Shown: piece by piece, positions 39,501-48,794 of the stretch | How positions within the stretch are numbered: the first letter of the stretch is position 1 | How the letters are laid out: each line of letters opens with the position of its first letter | Assembly: GCA_019828565.1 (NCBI GenBank) | Contig: JAHDYR010000004.1 | Span: 406,619 to 470,618, forward strand | Length of the DNA stretch: 64,000 nt | From: Carpediemonas membranifera BICM | Taxonomy: Eukaryota > Protista > Fornicata | Direction: 5' to 3' | Position numbers and translations under genes: made by a program | The notes under the pieces: generated by a model | The model's database searches: none | What the model was told of the DNA's origin: nothing | Seen by the model: the letters and a program-made list of their open reading frames with translations, nothing else

Positions 39501-40046
39501 GGCAATCTTGTCACTGGCGGCCGACAGGCGGTCTTGGTACTGCTGGGCAGTCGTCGCCAGCTGCGTCTGCAGCCTGCACACCGCAGTGGCGTTCTCCACA
39601 ACGGTCTGGCGCAGGGCGATGCTCTGTCGGGCAGCCCTGGAGCGGATCCGGGCCGTGTGGTCACGCGCCTTATCCACGGCCTGCATGAGGACGTCATTGC
39701 GGGACTCGAGATCCTTCACCTGTGCACGGAGCGTCGAGACGATCAGGTCGGCGCGAGCGCCCTCCTCTGCGCGGGCGGCAGCGATGGATTCCAGCTCTGC
39801 AACAGCTGCCTGCAAGTCCTCCTGCCGGCGGCGCTCCTCTTCCTCCATCTGAGTCAGAATGTTCTTCTGGACGCCGATGGTGCGGATCTTGTCCCGCACA
39901 ACCTGCATATAAAGGATAACTTCCATGCTCTTCACTCTGTACTGACGTAGGAGGTTTTCAGGGTCATTGATGTTCTCCGATAGCTCGTCGAACCCCTTAA
40001 TACCGTCATCCAGCAGTGGTTCGTACTGATGGCTGACAGTTTCCAT
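36525..40046 (-). CDS. Coiled-coil plus armadillo-repeat protein (1173 aa)
   Basis: N-terminal E/Q/R/A heptads; ARM repeats GGIGPLVECL..HAIGALINVS and GGLEALLDAV..LAARALCNLA. Confidence 0.82.
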   Translation of the reverse strand: METVSHQYEPLLDDGIKGFDELSENINDPENLLRQYRVKSMEVILYMQVVRDKIRTIGVQKNILTQMEEEERRRQEDLQAAVAELESIAAARAEEGARADLIVSTLRAQVKDLESRNDVLMQAVDKARDHTARIRSRAARQSIALRQTVVENATAVCRLQTQLATTAQQYQDRLSAASDKIAVLEQELADKTQEKLVRSDDATDLMAVHSVISRWRPAVLGDDAKPGKAGVGADVERMLEALVDRIETLEAETDVLRTELDEAHQKVHRGALQGVLRGMSPGRSRKPKPKMVAPAPAMPDSPDQPAQRDTSAAGLLEKPLALLRGSPDPSQYADLWGSCIAAVAEVVKARGPECASAAAELGGAPVLSAALTVPTLAPAALEVLGTVCDDPRFARAFADLGSEAVDGLVALGEAHDTGPAALEALAMLASELPVRQAVMTHVGRVVSICTRPGPNPAATPGLELLRVLAGDKTAREAVTQHLPAVVPHLAVHEGMTAEDVTRVTVATRLLSLLLTVTDARVAIRKQGGIGPLVECLTIDDNEVTRHAIGALINVSLNIRNKDEVRKVGGLEALLDAVRVPDVEIKRLAARALCNLAINSDNCALLHARDAAELFTPLLSTPDHTLHRYALRFMTALFTGDLGLPVPGMVLDAAWRALTRADSPDETVSEAAKSYTACLLQVLDAPKVDLAKLPLDLEDLPASPYARLLETARMFTAFFGRRAHVPTPSSMVCRVDRGFTVPPELVPPATDYPVVAGLVEAQVRLAAQGTVTASLQPLLLLASLLGRIPAFRAGLVDSCPDIPALVLRAAADMVDAVIRSLLDGQFKLTGTLSILVDALACITTFTSSADSRDAVLGAEGAAEAIVALLSHVARFTQTQVDLTRRVMMSPEDNDRMRATLAVGSALAATVTELAATATSMRNAFRLVQAGALDPLRRMLHTVPTPPDVDDPVKRLVSYAGSTLQPPPETVATVRGALQVLLPLSRIKEGWADLGTPEYMGLVLNALLLDDITVVLLVIRIAETAPARQLAALLASSANSHILVKILFYAGPAVLPESTVIKNFTGARDAELRRVCGSLVRSLSRERVFIKAVAASVSAVGSFHAFQQRAQDHPESRHPDPDAEPRRSRPSSIPRNRAGSVQSVQSMERAGSEATLGSYSSQYRRKGSPYRIRRQ

Positions 40047-40191
40047 GGATTCGAGCTTCGTAGTATTTCGTCTTCTGAGTCGGTCAGCCGAGTCGGCAAA
40101 ATCGACGGCCTGGCCTGGCAGTGAGCAGGACTGCCCTGTAGGCGCTCTATGGCGCAGTTTTTGTTTTGCCAGATCTGACCATGTGACGGAG

Positions 40192-40905
40192 ATGGTGGTT
40201 GTTCTTGTCCTAGGCGGCTATGGTGGTATTGGCTCCGCTGTATCAGCGGCTTTGGAAGAGAAAGGCCTGAATGTCATCCGCCAGACGCGCAGCATGTCTC
40301 ACAGTGGTGAAAACGGAACCATCGTCGGGAACCCGAGCACCTCTGTGTTCTGGCAGGACTTGGAGACATTTCTCAGCAAATATACATTGACACACGCCCT
40401 ATCCCAAACTCCCGTGACACCAAAGCCCCAGCTACGCGACTTCTCCGGCCTCCACGCCATCATCTGCGCCCAGGGCTCGCTGCGGTACAGCCCCTGCTCC
40501 TCTACCACCCCGAAAGCACTGCACGAGTCCATGGACGCCCATGTGACGCCTGTACTCATGGCGCACCAGTTCCTCCTCGCCCACGCCCCGGCGTCCGTGC
40601 TCCTGGCCATCGGATCCGACCCGTACTCGGAGGAGGGCACCATAGACCTGTGCGAGTACGTCACCTGCAAGCACGCCCTACTCGGCATGACCCGGGCGAT
40701 GGTGGAGGATCTCTTCGGGACACACCACAGGGTCGTTCACGAGCAGCTCGGCAACGTCGCCACACCGCTATGGGATCAGCCCGGGGCAGAGGATAGTGGG
40801 CCACCTGATGACGCCGAGGATGCCAGTGTGGTGGGAGAGAGGCTGGCAGTGCTGGTGGAGGCGGAGCTGGAGGCTGTGCTGGGGCGTTACCAGGAGTTCC
40901 AGTGA
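40192..40905 (+). CDS. Short-chain dehydrogenase/reductase (SDR) family
   Basis: VLVLGGYGGIG nucleotide-binding motif, catalytic YVTCK (YxxxK), GNVATPLW. Confidence 0.8.
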   Translation: MVVVLVLGGYGGIGSAVSAALEEKGLNVIRQTRSMSHSGENGTIVGNPSTSVFWQDLETFLSKYTLTHALSQTPVTPKPQLRDFSGLHAIICAQGSLRYSPCSSTTPKALHESMDAHVTPVLMAHQFLLAHAPASVLLAIGSDPYSEEGTIDLCEYVTCKHALLGMTRAMVEDLFGTHHRVVHEQLGNVATPLWDQPGAEDSGPPDDAEDASVVGERLAVLVEAELEAVLGRYQEFQ

Positions 40906-41020
40906 GCAGCGCCGAGAGGCATTTATCAGAGACAACTGGTAATGGCACGTAAATGGAGCAGCTGGCAGTCGGATCGCACGATCTTCTGACGCGGTCGAAG
41001 GCAGACGATCGAGAAATCAA

Positions 41021-41608
41021 ATGACGACGCCAAATGAGCAGAGACCAGCAGGCAGCACACAAGAGAATGAAACAAACACAACACTAGCGTCTGACGCGCC
41101 AAGCGCTGAGAAGACGAAGGATTATAGTCGGGGCCTGCCATTCACGGGCCACGAGCATGCAATAGTGCTGGAGAACGACGAGTACGCCGCAAAGTTCGTC
41201 CCGTTTCTCCCCGAGGTGGGTTTTGTTCGGGAGGCCGTCTTCTTTGGGGAGCAGAATGTTCCGATGGATTGCGACCTCGACGAAGCAGACGAGGATCCGT
41301 CCGTATGCGTCCACGTGGCTGTGTACCACAAGGTGACCATGGAGACAGTCGCCGTGGGCCGTATCCTATCGGACGGGCACATCGGCCGGGTGTCAGTCCT
41401 CAAGGCCCACCGCGGCAAGGGCCTCGGCAACATGGTCATGAGGGCTCTGCTTAAGTGCCCTGATCTGCCTAAGACGGTCTGGTTGGGCTCGCAGGAGTAT
41501 GCCATCCCATTCTACGAGAAGCTGGGCTTCACGGTCTATGGCGACATGTTCTACGATGGCGACACAGCGATGATACCGCACTACCACATGAAGCTCACCC
41601 GGGAGTGA
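41021..41608 (+). CDS. GNAT N-acetyltransferase, ElaA/YjcF-like
   Basis: VREAVFFGEQNVP..DLDEAD, GHIGRVSVLKAHRGKGLG, SQEYAIPFYEKLGF..G..F, IPHYHM. Confidence 0.9.
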   Translation: MTTPNEQRPAGSTQENETNTTLASDAPSAEKTKDYSRGLPFTGHEHAIVLENDEYAAKFVPFLPEVGFVREAVFFGEQNVPMDCDLDEADEDPSVCVHVAVYHKVTMETVAVGRILSDGHIGRVSVLKAHRGKGLGNMVMRALLKCPDLPKTVWLGSQEYAIPFYEKLGFTVYGDMFYDGDTAMIPHYHMKLTRE

Positions 41609-41671
41609 GCATGCCTGTAAAGATCAATCGGGTGACAGTCTTGACTCCCGCACAACGAAGACGACGAGCGG

Positions 41672-41992
41672 ATGCCAATAACATTAAGCGAAACGCAGGA
41701 GCAGCTAAGGCGTTGTGAAGGAACGAAGGTGAAGGTTCTCACTGTCGCAGGGAAGCTGTACGAGGGCAAGCTCCGCGCCGTGGACGAGCGTTTCAACGTA
41801 TTTCTCGAAGACTGCTTCGAGCTGAGGCCAGAAGGGAAGACTCACGGCCCAGTGGAGCGCAAAGATGTGTCCTCCGTCTTCATCCGAGGCGATATGGCCA
41901 TGGCCGTCGCTCCCATCGACGGGACCAAGCATGTCGACAGGAAGAAGGCCGCTCGGGCCGTACACCCTCTCCCTTCCGCTCATACCGAGTGA
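41672..41992 (+). CDS. Sm/LSm family RNA-binding protein
   Basis: Sm1 (GTKVKV....GKLYEGKL.AVDERFNVFLEDC) and Sm2 (SVFIRGD) motifs. Confidence 0.88.
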   Translation: MPITLSETQEQLRRCEGTKVKVLTVAGKLYEGKLRAVDERFNVFLEDCFELRPEGKTHGPVERKDVSSVFIRGDMAMAVAPIDGTKHVDRKKAARAVHPLPSAHTE

Positions 41993-42084
41993 ACAGGGCG
42001 GAAGTCTCGGCCTCTGATAGATATACCGCCTCACAACAGTCCCAACCAGTAAAGCATGCGTTTAGTAACATTCGCCTATTTCAT

Positions 42085-45000
42085 CTACTCAAGGGCGGTA
42101 TTGTTCAGCCCTAGGCCCACTGGGAGCCGTGGAAGTACCGGTCCTGGACCATGTGTGCCCGGGGTGGGGGGCAGGTCCAGGGGCACCCGGACGGGCGGCT
42201 TCTCTATGGGGTGCTCGATGGCCACCTCCTGGATGGTGTCCGGCGCGTCGTCCCCCTCTGCGTCGACCACAACAGCGCGCTTGCCGTCGTCCACGGCCAT
42301 CATGGTAAACAGCGACACCACGGTCGCCCCTGTGCCCCCGACGGCCACGGCCATGGTGCCGCAGCCGATCACCAGTCCGAGGCCGGCGACGGTCGCTGCG
42401 ATGACACCAAGCACTGTCAGGACGGTGCTGAGAATGCTGGTGTCCCCTGCGGGTGTGGCCAAGAGCACGGGCTCGCCCTGTACGAACAGGGACACGGACA
42501 GGTCAGATGTCGCCTCCACCGCACCCGCCTCGTCCGCCGCAGCAGTGGGGGCAGCGGCGACCACCAGCACGCCGTCTGTCGCGGTCAGCGTGGCCCTGAC
42601 TCCGTCGAGGTACGCCACGAAGGGGGTGGTGGAGTCGACGACCGCGCCCGTGAGGCTGACGGTGAGGCCGCTGAGCACGGGCGGGGCCGTGGCGAGCAGG
42701 GCGGCGGCGGTCAGGGCGACGGGGCTGCTTGTGCAGACGACACCGCTGTCAGCCTCGGCGATGCTGTCGAGCCCAACGGACGTGGAGGCGACCGCCATGG
42801 TCTCGGGGCAGGCGAACCCTGCAGCCACTCCGATAAAGCCGGTGCTGCCGACGTGGAGCTCGGGCTCGGGCACAGCGATGTCCGCCACCACCGTCACTGT
42901 GCGTGCTGCGGCGCCGCCTGTTGTAGCCAGCATGACAGAGTAGGAGCCGGCGGGGATGACGCCGCTGCCCACGGGCACCAGCACGCTCCCTTCCCGCCCC
43001 GTCACGGCTCGCCACCCACTGGTTCCTGTCTCCGCATGGCCGGCCAGCTTGAGGACGGTGTCCGGGCCGAGGTCGAAGTCGCACGTGCTGTGGGGCTGCC
43101 CGTCTGAGGCGGTGGTCGACCCGGCGGGGCAGTGCAGGCACTCCGTCTGTCCTGGGCTGGGCTGGTAGAAGCCGCCGCCGCACAGCTCCTCCTGCGAGCT
43201 GTCGCTGCTGGGTACGGTCCCGGCGCTGGCTGGGGTGCAGCTGCCGGCCATGGCGGCCGAGACGGTGCCACTTGGGCATGGAAGCTGGGCGACGAGTAGG
43301 GTCGCGGGGGTGTAGAAGCCTGCCGCGGTTGTCTTGCACGAGGTCTGGCCTGTGTCGTCCTGGTACCTGCCGGCCATGTCGCACCGCACCTGCTTGGATC
43401 GGTCGTCGTTCGCGACGTAGTGCCCAACAGATGCCTTCGTGCACCTCGACTGGCCCCCCGCAGAGTAAGTGCCCGGTCCGCACTCGTCCTGGGCGGTGTG
43501 GGGCCTGCTGTCCTTCGCTGTGTAGTACCCAGGGTCTGTCAGCGTGCAGGCGGTCTGGCCGCCCCCGGTGACCGACGAGTAGTACCCGCCGTGGCATGGC
43601 AGCTGGCGGCTCCGGGATTCGTCAACATAGTAGCCCTCATCCGACTTCACGCACCTCGTGGCGCCGGCCCCGGAGTAGTAACCTGGGTCGCACGGCGTCT
43701 GGATAATACGGGCACCCATCGCCGGCACGTAGAAGCCGGGGCTGGCGGTAATGCAGGCGGACTGGCCCATGTTGGGCTGGTACTTGCCGCTGTTGCAAGG
43801 CCGCTGGTGACTTCGGTCCGAGTCGGGGACGTAGTAGCCGCTGTCCGCCATGGTGCAGCCCGGCTCGCCGGCCCCCGAATACCTCCCGTCGGCACAACTC
43901 ATCTGGGCGTCATTGGCGCCGCTGCTGGGGACGTAGAACCCCGGGTCCGCCACGGTGGGGGCAACCTGGCCTGGCGCGGAGCAGTACTTGCCGTTGTTGC
44001 AGTCCACCGGCATCGCCGCCTTGTCCGGCGCGTATGTCCCTGCGACCGGGGTGAGGCAGGCAGTCTGGCCCGGCATCGTCTGGTACCTCCCGTCCGGACA
44101 CTCGAACTGCTGGGTCAGGTCGGCGTATGTCGGGTCGGTGAAGAACCCGGGGTCCGCCATCCTGCACCCGCTCTGGCCGGGTCTGTCCTGGTATTTTCCC
44201 GGCCCAAGCGTGCTGCAGCTGACGGGGGCCAGGTTGGGGGCGGCAATGCTTGTGGTAAATGTTCCGGGCGGGGTGACCAGGCAGCTGGCCTGACCCGCGT
44301 TGGGCTGATACTCGCCGTTGTAGCACGGCTCCACCCCATCGGCGGCGGCGTTGGGGATGTTTCCGGCATTTGCCTTGAGACACTCTGACGCGCGCGGGTC
44401 AAACTGGTACGTACCGCTGGGGCATGGCGTCGGTACAGTGTGCGGTAGGCCGTCCTCGGCAGCGTAGTAGCCCGGCAACGTGTCGGAGCATGAGGCCTGG
44501 CTGGAAGAGGTCGAGTAGCCCCCCTTGTGGCAGACAGACTGTGTGACGCTGCCTGCCACCGCAAAGTAGCCCGGGTCCGCCTGAATGCAGGCGGTCTGCC
44601 CCGTGTTCGGCTGGTACGACCCGGGCATGCATGGGTTTTGGCCGTAGATGGTAGAGCTGAAGTGCCCCGCCTGCGCATGCTCGCAGAACAACTCGCCGCC
44701 CGTGCTGTAGTATGGAGGTGAGCAGCTGTCGCAGGTCGAGGACAGCGCTGAGGCGGCTTCCTCGCCGGCGGGACAGCTTGGCTTGAACACCTCGATCTCG
44801 ACGGCTGGCGACGCGGGTAGAGTGGGATGACCGACGACGATTGCTGCCGCAGCGGTGTACACAGAGACCTCAGTGGTGGTGCTCGAGATCATCGACATGG
44901 ACTCGTCCGACATGTCGACCTGCCCCACGACAGAGTGCCCGGCCGCGACGACGGCGGGCCATGAGATCGAGACGCCGTTGATCCCGACCTGTGCTGAGCT

Positions 45001-45885
45001 GCCCCAGGTGGCGTCACTGTACACGGTCCAGGTCCACGAGAACGACCCTGAGTAAGTGCCGACGTGGACGGCGCCCCGACCTGACGCAGCTTCGTACTGG
45101 CCGATGGCGATGTGGTTGGCTGCATCGATCGCTACAGAGCATCCGAAGTACTCTGTTACTGACGGTGCGACTGGTGGGGTGGCTTCTCCATTGGTGGTGA
45201 TGATCTTCTGCTGCGTCCATGAGGAGGCGACGGTCGAGCCGCCAGAGTAGTAGAGGACCACTGACCCGTAGAAGTTGCCCGTGGCATGTTCAAACGAGGG
45301 TTCTCCGACAACTAGGACCGTGTCAGAGATCGCGACTGATGTGCCGAAGGTGGTACTGCCCGACTGGCCGTTGATGGTCGTGCCAGACGATGGCCAGGCA
45401 GAGCTCGTCGAATCGTACTGGTATACGATCGCCTCATTGCCCGTAATGTCTCCCACAGCGATCTTGTCGTTGAACATGGCGATGCTGTCAGCAGCTTGCC
45501 CGATGGACTTCTCGGAGGCAAAGTCGAATCCTGACCGGCTGAAGATGAAAATGATTGACCCAGCCGTGTCTAATACTGCGAGCCAGTCCTCAGTCGCGGC
45601 CATGGCGGCCCCAGGGTCGATTGGGGTGTGGGCAAAGAGGTTGAACGTCACGGGGGTGTGGAGCTGCCACGCCATGCCCTCCTGGATGTAGGTGTAGATC
45701 TTCTTGGAGACACACGGCTCACTGGCAAGCACAAAACGCGTATCCATCAAGACTGCCTGGCCAAGGCACCAGTTATCGTCGCTCGCCGAGGGAAGATCCA
45801 AATCATGCACGGCTACAACTATACCTACAAGAATAAGTAGTAATGCTACAATATTGAGCGGCAAGCATCGCCTTACCGCGCTCAT
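42085..45885 (-). CDS. Cysteine-rich type-I surface protein: signal peptide, FG-GAP-like propeller, many C..G.YQ...GQ..C / A.PG.Y repeats, C-terminal TM
   Basis: Signal peptide IVALLLILVGIVVA; FGTSVAISDTVLVVGEP and FGCSVAID; repeats such as CMPGSYQPNTGQTACIQADPGYF; TM ILSTVLTVLGVIAATVAGLGLVIGC. Confidence 0.85.
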   Translation of the reverse strand: MSAVRRCLPLNIVALLLILVGIVVAVHDLDLPSASDDNWCLGQAVLMDTRFVLASEPCVSKKIYTYIQEGMAWQLHTPVTFNLFAHTPIDPGAAMAATEDWLAVLDTAGSIIFIFSRSGFDFASEKSIGQAADSIAMFNDKIAVGDITGNEAIVYQYDSTSSAWPSSGTTINGQSGSTTFGTSVAISDTVLVVGEPSFEHATGNFYGSVVLYYSGGSTVASSWTQQKIITTNGEATPPVAPSVTEYFGCSVAIDAANHIAIGQYEAASGRGAVHVGTYSGSFSWTWTVYSDATWGSSAQVGINGVSISWPAVVAAGHSVVGQVDMSDESMSMISSTTTEVSVYTAAAAIVVGHPTLPASPAVEIEVFKPSCPAGEEAASALSSTCDSCSPPYYSTGGELFCEHAQAGHFSSTIYGQNPCMPGSYQPNTGQTACIQADPGYFAVAGSVTQSVCHKGGYSTSSSQASCSDTLPGYYAAEDGLPHTVPTPCPSGTYQFDPRASECLKANAGNIPNAAADGVEPCYNGEYQPNAGQASCLVTPPGTFTTSIAAPNLAPVSCSTLGPGKYQDRPGQSGCRMADPGFFTDPTYADLTQQFECPDGRYQTMPGQTACLTPVAGTYAPDKAAMPVDCNNGKYCSAPGQVAPTVADPGFYVPSSGANDAQMSCADGRYSGAGEPGCTMADSGYYVPDSDRSHQRPCNSGKYQPNMGQSACITASPGFYVPAMGARIIQTPCDPGYYSGAGATRCVKSDEGYYVDESRSRQLPCHGGYYSSVTGGGQTACTLTDPGYYTAKDSRPHTAQDECGPGTYSAGGQSRCTKASVGHYVANDDRSKQVRCDMAGRYQDDTGQTSCKTTAAGFYTPATLLVAQLPCPSGTVSAAMAGSCTPASAGTVPSSDSSQEELCGGGFYQPSPGQTECLHCPAGSTTASDGQPHSTCDFDLGPDTVLKLAGHAETGTSGWRAVTGREGSVLVPVGSGVIPAGSYSVMLATTGGAAARTVTVVADIAVPEPELHVGSTGFIGVAAGFACPETMAVASTSVGLDSIAEADSGVVCTSSPVALTAAALLATAPPVLSGLTVSLTGAVVDSTTPFVAYLDGVRATLTATDGVLVVAAAPTAAADEAGAVEATSDLSVSLFVQGEPVLLATPAGDTSILSTVLTVLGVIAATVAGLGLVIGCGTMAVAVGGTGATVVSLFTMMAVDDGKRAVVVDAEGDDAPDTIQEVAIEHPIEKPPVRVPLDLPPTPGTHGPGPVLPRLPVGLGLNNTALE

Positions 45886-46007
45886 GGCAGAAATCGGCCT
45901 CCTTCGGCACAAACCTGCACTGTCGGAAATCCGACCATCGACGGCCGCTTAGCCCATGCACACCAGTCCACCAGCCCAGACAGCGCTTTACTATAGTCCA
46001 GTCGGCC

Positions 46008-48676
46008 TCATACCAGGCGGGCGAGTGGGTTGTCGAAGCTCTCCGTCTCCGCCATCACCATCATCCGCTCGAACAGACGGCCGGTGCCCTCCCGCCGCAC
46101 GCCATTGAGCACGTCCCAGAGGAAGCTGACGGTGTCATCCGTGCCTGCTAGGGCCTGGCGTAGTGAGTCCAACGCCGACCGGGTGGTCGCCTGGCGGAGA
46201 CGCGACTGGCTGCTCTCCAGCACGTGCACTTTTGTCCTGGCATCCGTCAGCTGTGCGTCGATCGCCCTGGCCTGGACGAAGCCCCGCCATGCCCGCTGGA
46301 TGACGGACGCGGCGTGTGTCCGGGTCCGCTTCTCGATGAGGGCCGCGAACGCCGCGCTCCGGTGGTCCATGCTCGTGTGGGACCGGGCCAGCTGCTCGGC
46401 CACGTCAGCCCGTGTCGCCGCGAGCTGTGCTACCATCGCCTTGGCTGTCTCGTAGTATAAGTCGACCTCGGCCGCCAGCGTCCCGTTGTCCGCCATAAGG
46501 TGCCGGATCATCGCATTGCCCGCCTCCACCCCCTGGCACAGCGCCGCCAGTCTCCCGGCGTCAGGCACCCTGGGCCGCGGCATGCCAGCAGTCTCCATGC
46601 CCTCCGCCGCCGCCTCGAGGACGGCCCACCGCCCCGCCGTGTCAGTAGGGGCAGGCGGCTCGGGTAGAGCTGACCTCGGCGCGGGGGCCGGCAGCTGGGC
46701 AGCGTCGGTCGGCCTGGGCTCTGTGTGGGGCAGCACCGGGGCCAGGTCGACCGCCGGGATCGAGTCGATCAGATCCGCCGCAGACGCCAGGGCCTCCACG
46801 AACGCGGTCGTGGCGGCGAGGTGCGCGGTGGCGGTGACGCTCCTCGACTGGGCCCGCTGGAGGTCCTCTTTCAGGTTGTTGATCGTCTGCTCGGCGTCCT
46901 TCGTTTTCGCCGCCGTCCGCGTCGCCTGGTTCTTCGTCGCCGCTAGACTGCCGGTGACCTCCGCGAGCTTGTCACCGAGCTCCTGCACCTTGTCCTTGAG
47001 GTCCTCTAGCTCGCTGTCCTTCTCGATCTCGGCCTCCTCAAGCTCCTCCACGCGCTCCTCGGCCTCAACAAGGTCAGCCTTGACGTCCTCAAGTTCATCC
47101 TTGAGGTTCTCCAGCTCGCTCTCGGCAGTGTCGCGTTCCTCCAACGCCTCGTCGAGCTCCTTCTGCATCTCGAACAGCTCCTCGTTGACCTGCCCAACCC
47201 GCTCGGCCGCGTCTGCCTCGACCTCCTCAAGCTGCTCCTTGAAACCCGCCGCCGCGTCCACCTCGGCCTGCAGCTCATCAACCCGCCGTCGGGCATCAAC
47301 GAGGTCATTCAGGGCGTCGTCGAGCTCATCCTGGGTCGTCTCGAGGTCATCGATGAGCTCGTCAATGCGGGCCTGCTGGGCTGGGTCGGCAACCTCCTTG
47401 ACGACCTCCACGGTGGTCGTCTCCCCAGGGACCTCAAGCTGCTGGGGCTCGACGGCCGACTTCTCCAGCTCGGTCACGCGGGCAGCAAGCCCGGCCTTTT
47501 CCCGGTTAGCCTCCTCGAGCTTTGTCTCCAGCTGCAGCCGGACGTCCGCCATGGCATCGAGCTCGGCCTGCAGCTTTGCTGCCAGTGCCCTATAGTCCTG
47601 CTCGACGTGCTGCTTCACCATCTGCTGCACCTTCATGGCCCGCTGGGCAAAGTTCAGGGAGTTACAGGTCTCCTGGGACGACTCCGAGTCCGGCCCCACG
47701 GCCACCAGCAGCGACGTCTTGGCGTCCCCCCCGAGAGAGTCAGCCAGCAGTCGAGTCAGTTTGGAGTCACGGTACGGGATGTGCTTGATCTTGGGGTCCG
47801 ACAGCGCGTGGATGACGTTGCCCAGCGCGGTCAGGCTGAGGTTGATCGCCCGACCCTCCTGAGCCTGCACGCCGACGGCCTTGGTCCGCTTCATCCGCTC
47901 GCTGCCGGCCAGATCAAGCAGCACGAGCTTGCCGGAGAGCTTGGTCCGCTTGGTGTTCTTGTTCTCCGTGTACACGCGCTCGTCCATCTTATCCACCCGG
48001 TCGATGTACGTGAAGAGGACGGCATGCGACCGCGAGGACTCCGCGTTCATCTTCGTGTTCGCCACCACGCGGTTGGTATTGCCCTCTGTGATCACACCGA
48101 TGACCTCGTCGACATGGGTCACGCGCCGCTTGGTCACTCCGTCGAGGTACATGCCGTTGTTGTTCTCCCTGATCGCCAGGTTATCCTTGGTCGTGTCCAG
48201 CAGATCCTGGACCATCTCTCGGTAGATCTGGATATATGATACGGTGATCTCGTAGTCGTGGTCGGGGTCCCGGTCGGCAGTCTCAAATAAGCGGACCATC
48301 GCCCTCGAGATCACACCCTCCTGGCCCGGCGTGTGATTCGACAGTGTAAACGTCTTACCTGCGTGAGGGAGCTCCTGGTGCACGTACCCGTTCCGGTCTG
48401 GCCGTAGGCCATGATGGTGCCGTTGTACCCGTTGAGGCAGGAATCAACCACCTCCATGCCGCACGCCTCAAACACCTTCTGCTGCGTCGTATCTGGGCCA
48501 AGCACGTGATCAAAGTTGTACTTCTTCGTCTCGCCGAGGGATTTCTCGACGGCAACGTGCTGCTCGGATTGGATCTCAACGACGTTGGAATAGTCGGACT
48601 TTGCTAGTTCAGTAGAGTTAGGAGGACGGCATCTGATGGTCACATGTACCCGTTCTGTGCTTGCCGCTGCGGTCAT
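46008..48676 (-). CDS. N-terminal-motor kinesin (ARK-like motor) with acidic coiled coil and IQ motif; exons 48676-48388 and 48358-46008
   Basis: Spliced P-loop GQTGTGKT, NAESSRSH, DLAGSER, HIPYRDSKLTRLL; IQRAWRG in the tail. Confidence 0.94.
48359..48387 (-). other. 29-nt intron (kinesin P-loop)
   Basis: GTACGT...CTCACGCAG; removal restores GQTGTGKTFTL. Confidence 0.93.
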
Positions 48677-48794
48677 GACGAATGATCAGCCCTCAGGTGA
48701 TGATGTGCAGAATAGCCACAAAATCTCGAGATATCGCCGCCCTGGCCGCATCCAGCGGCGCCGCATGAGTAGCCCGTGTGCACACGGAATAAAT

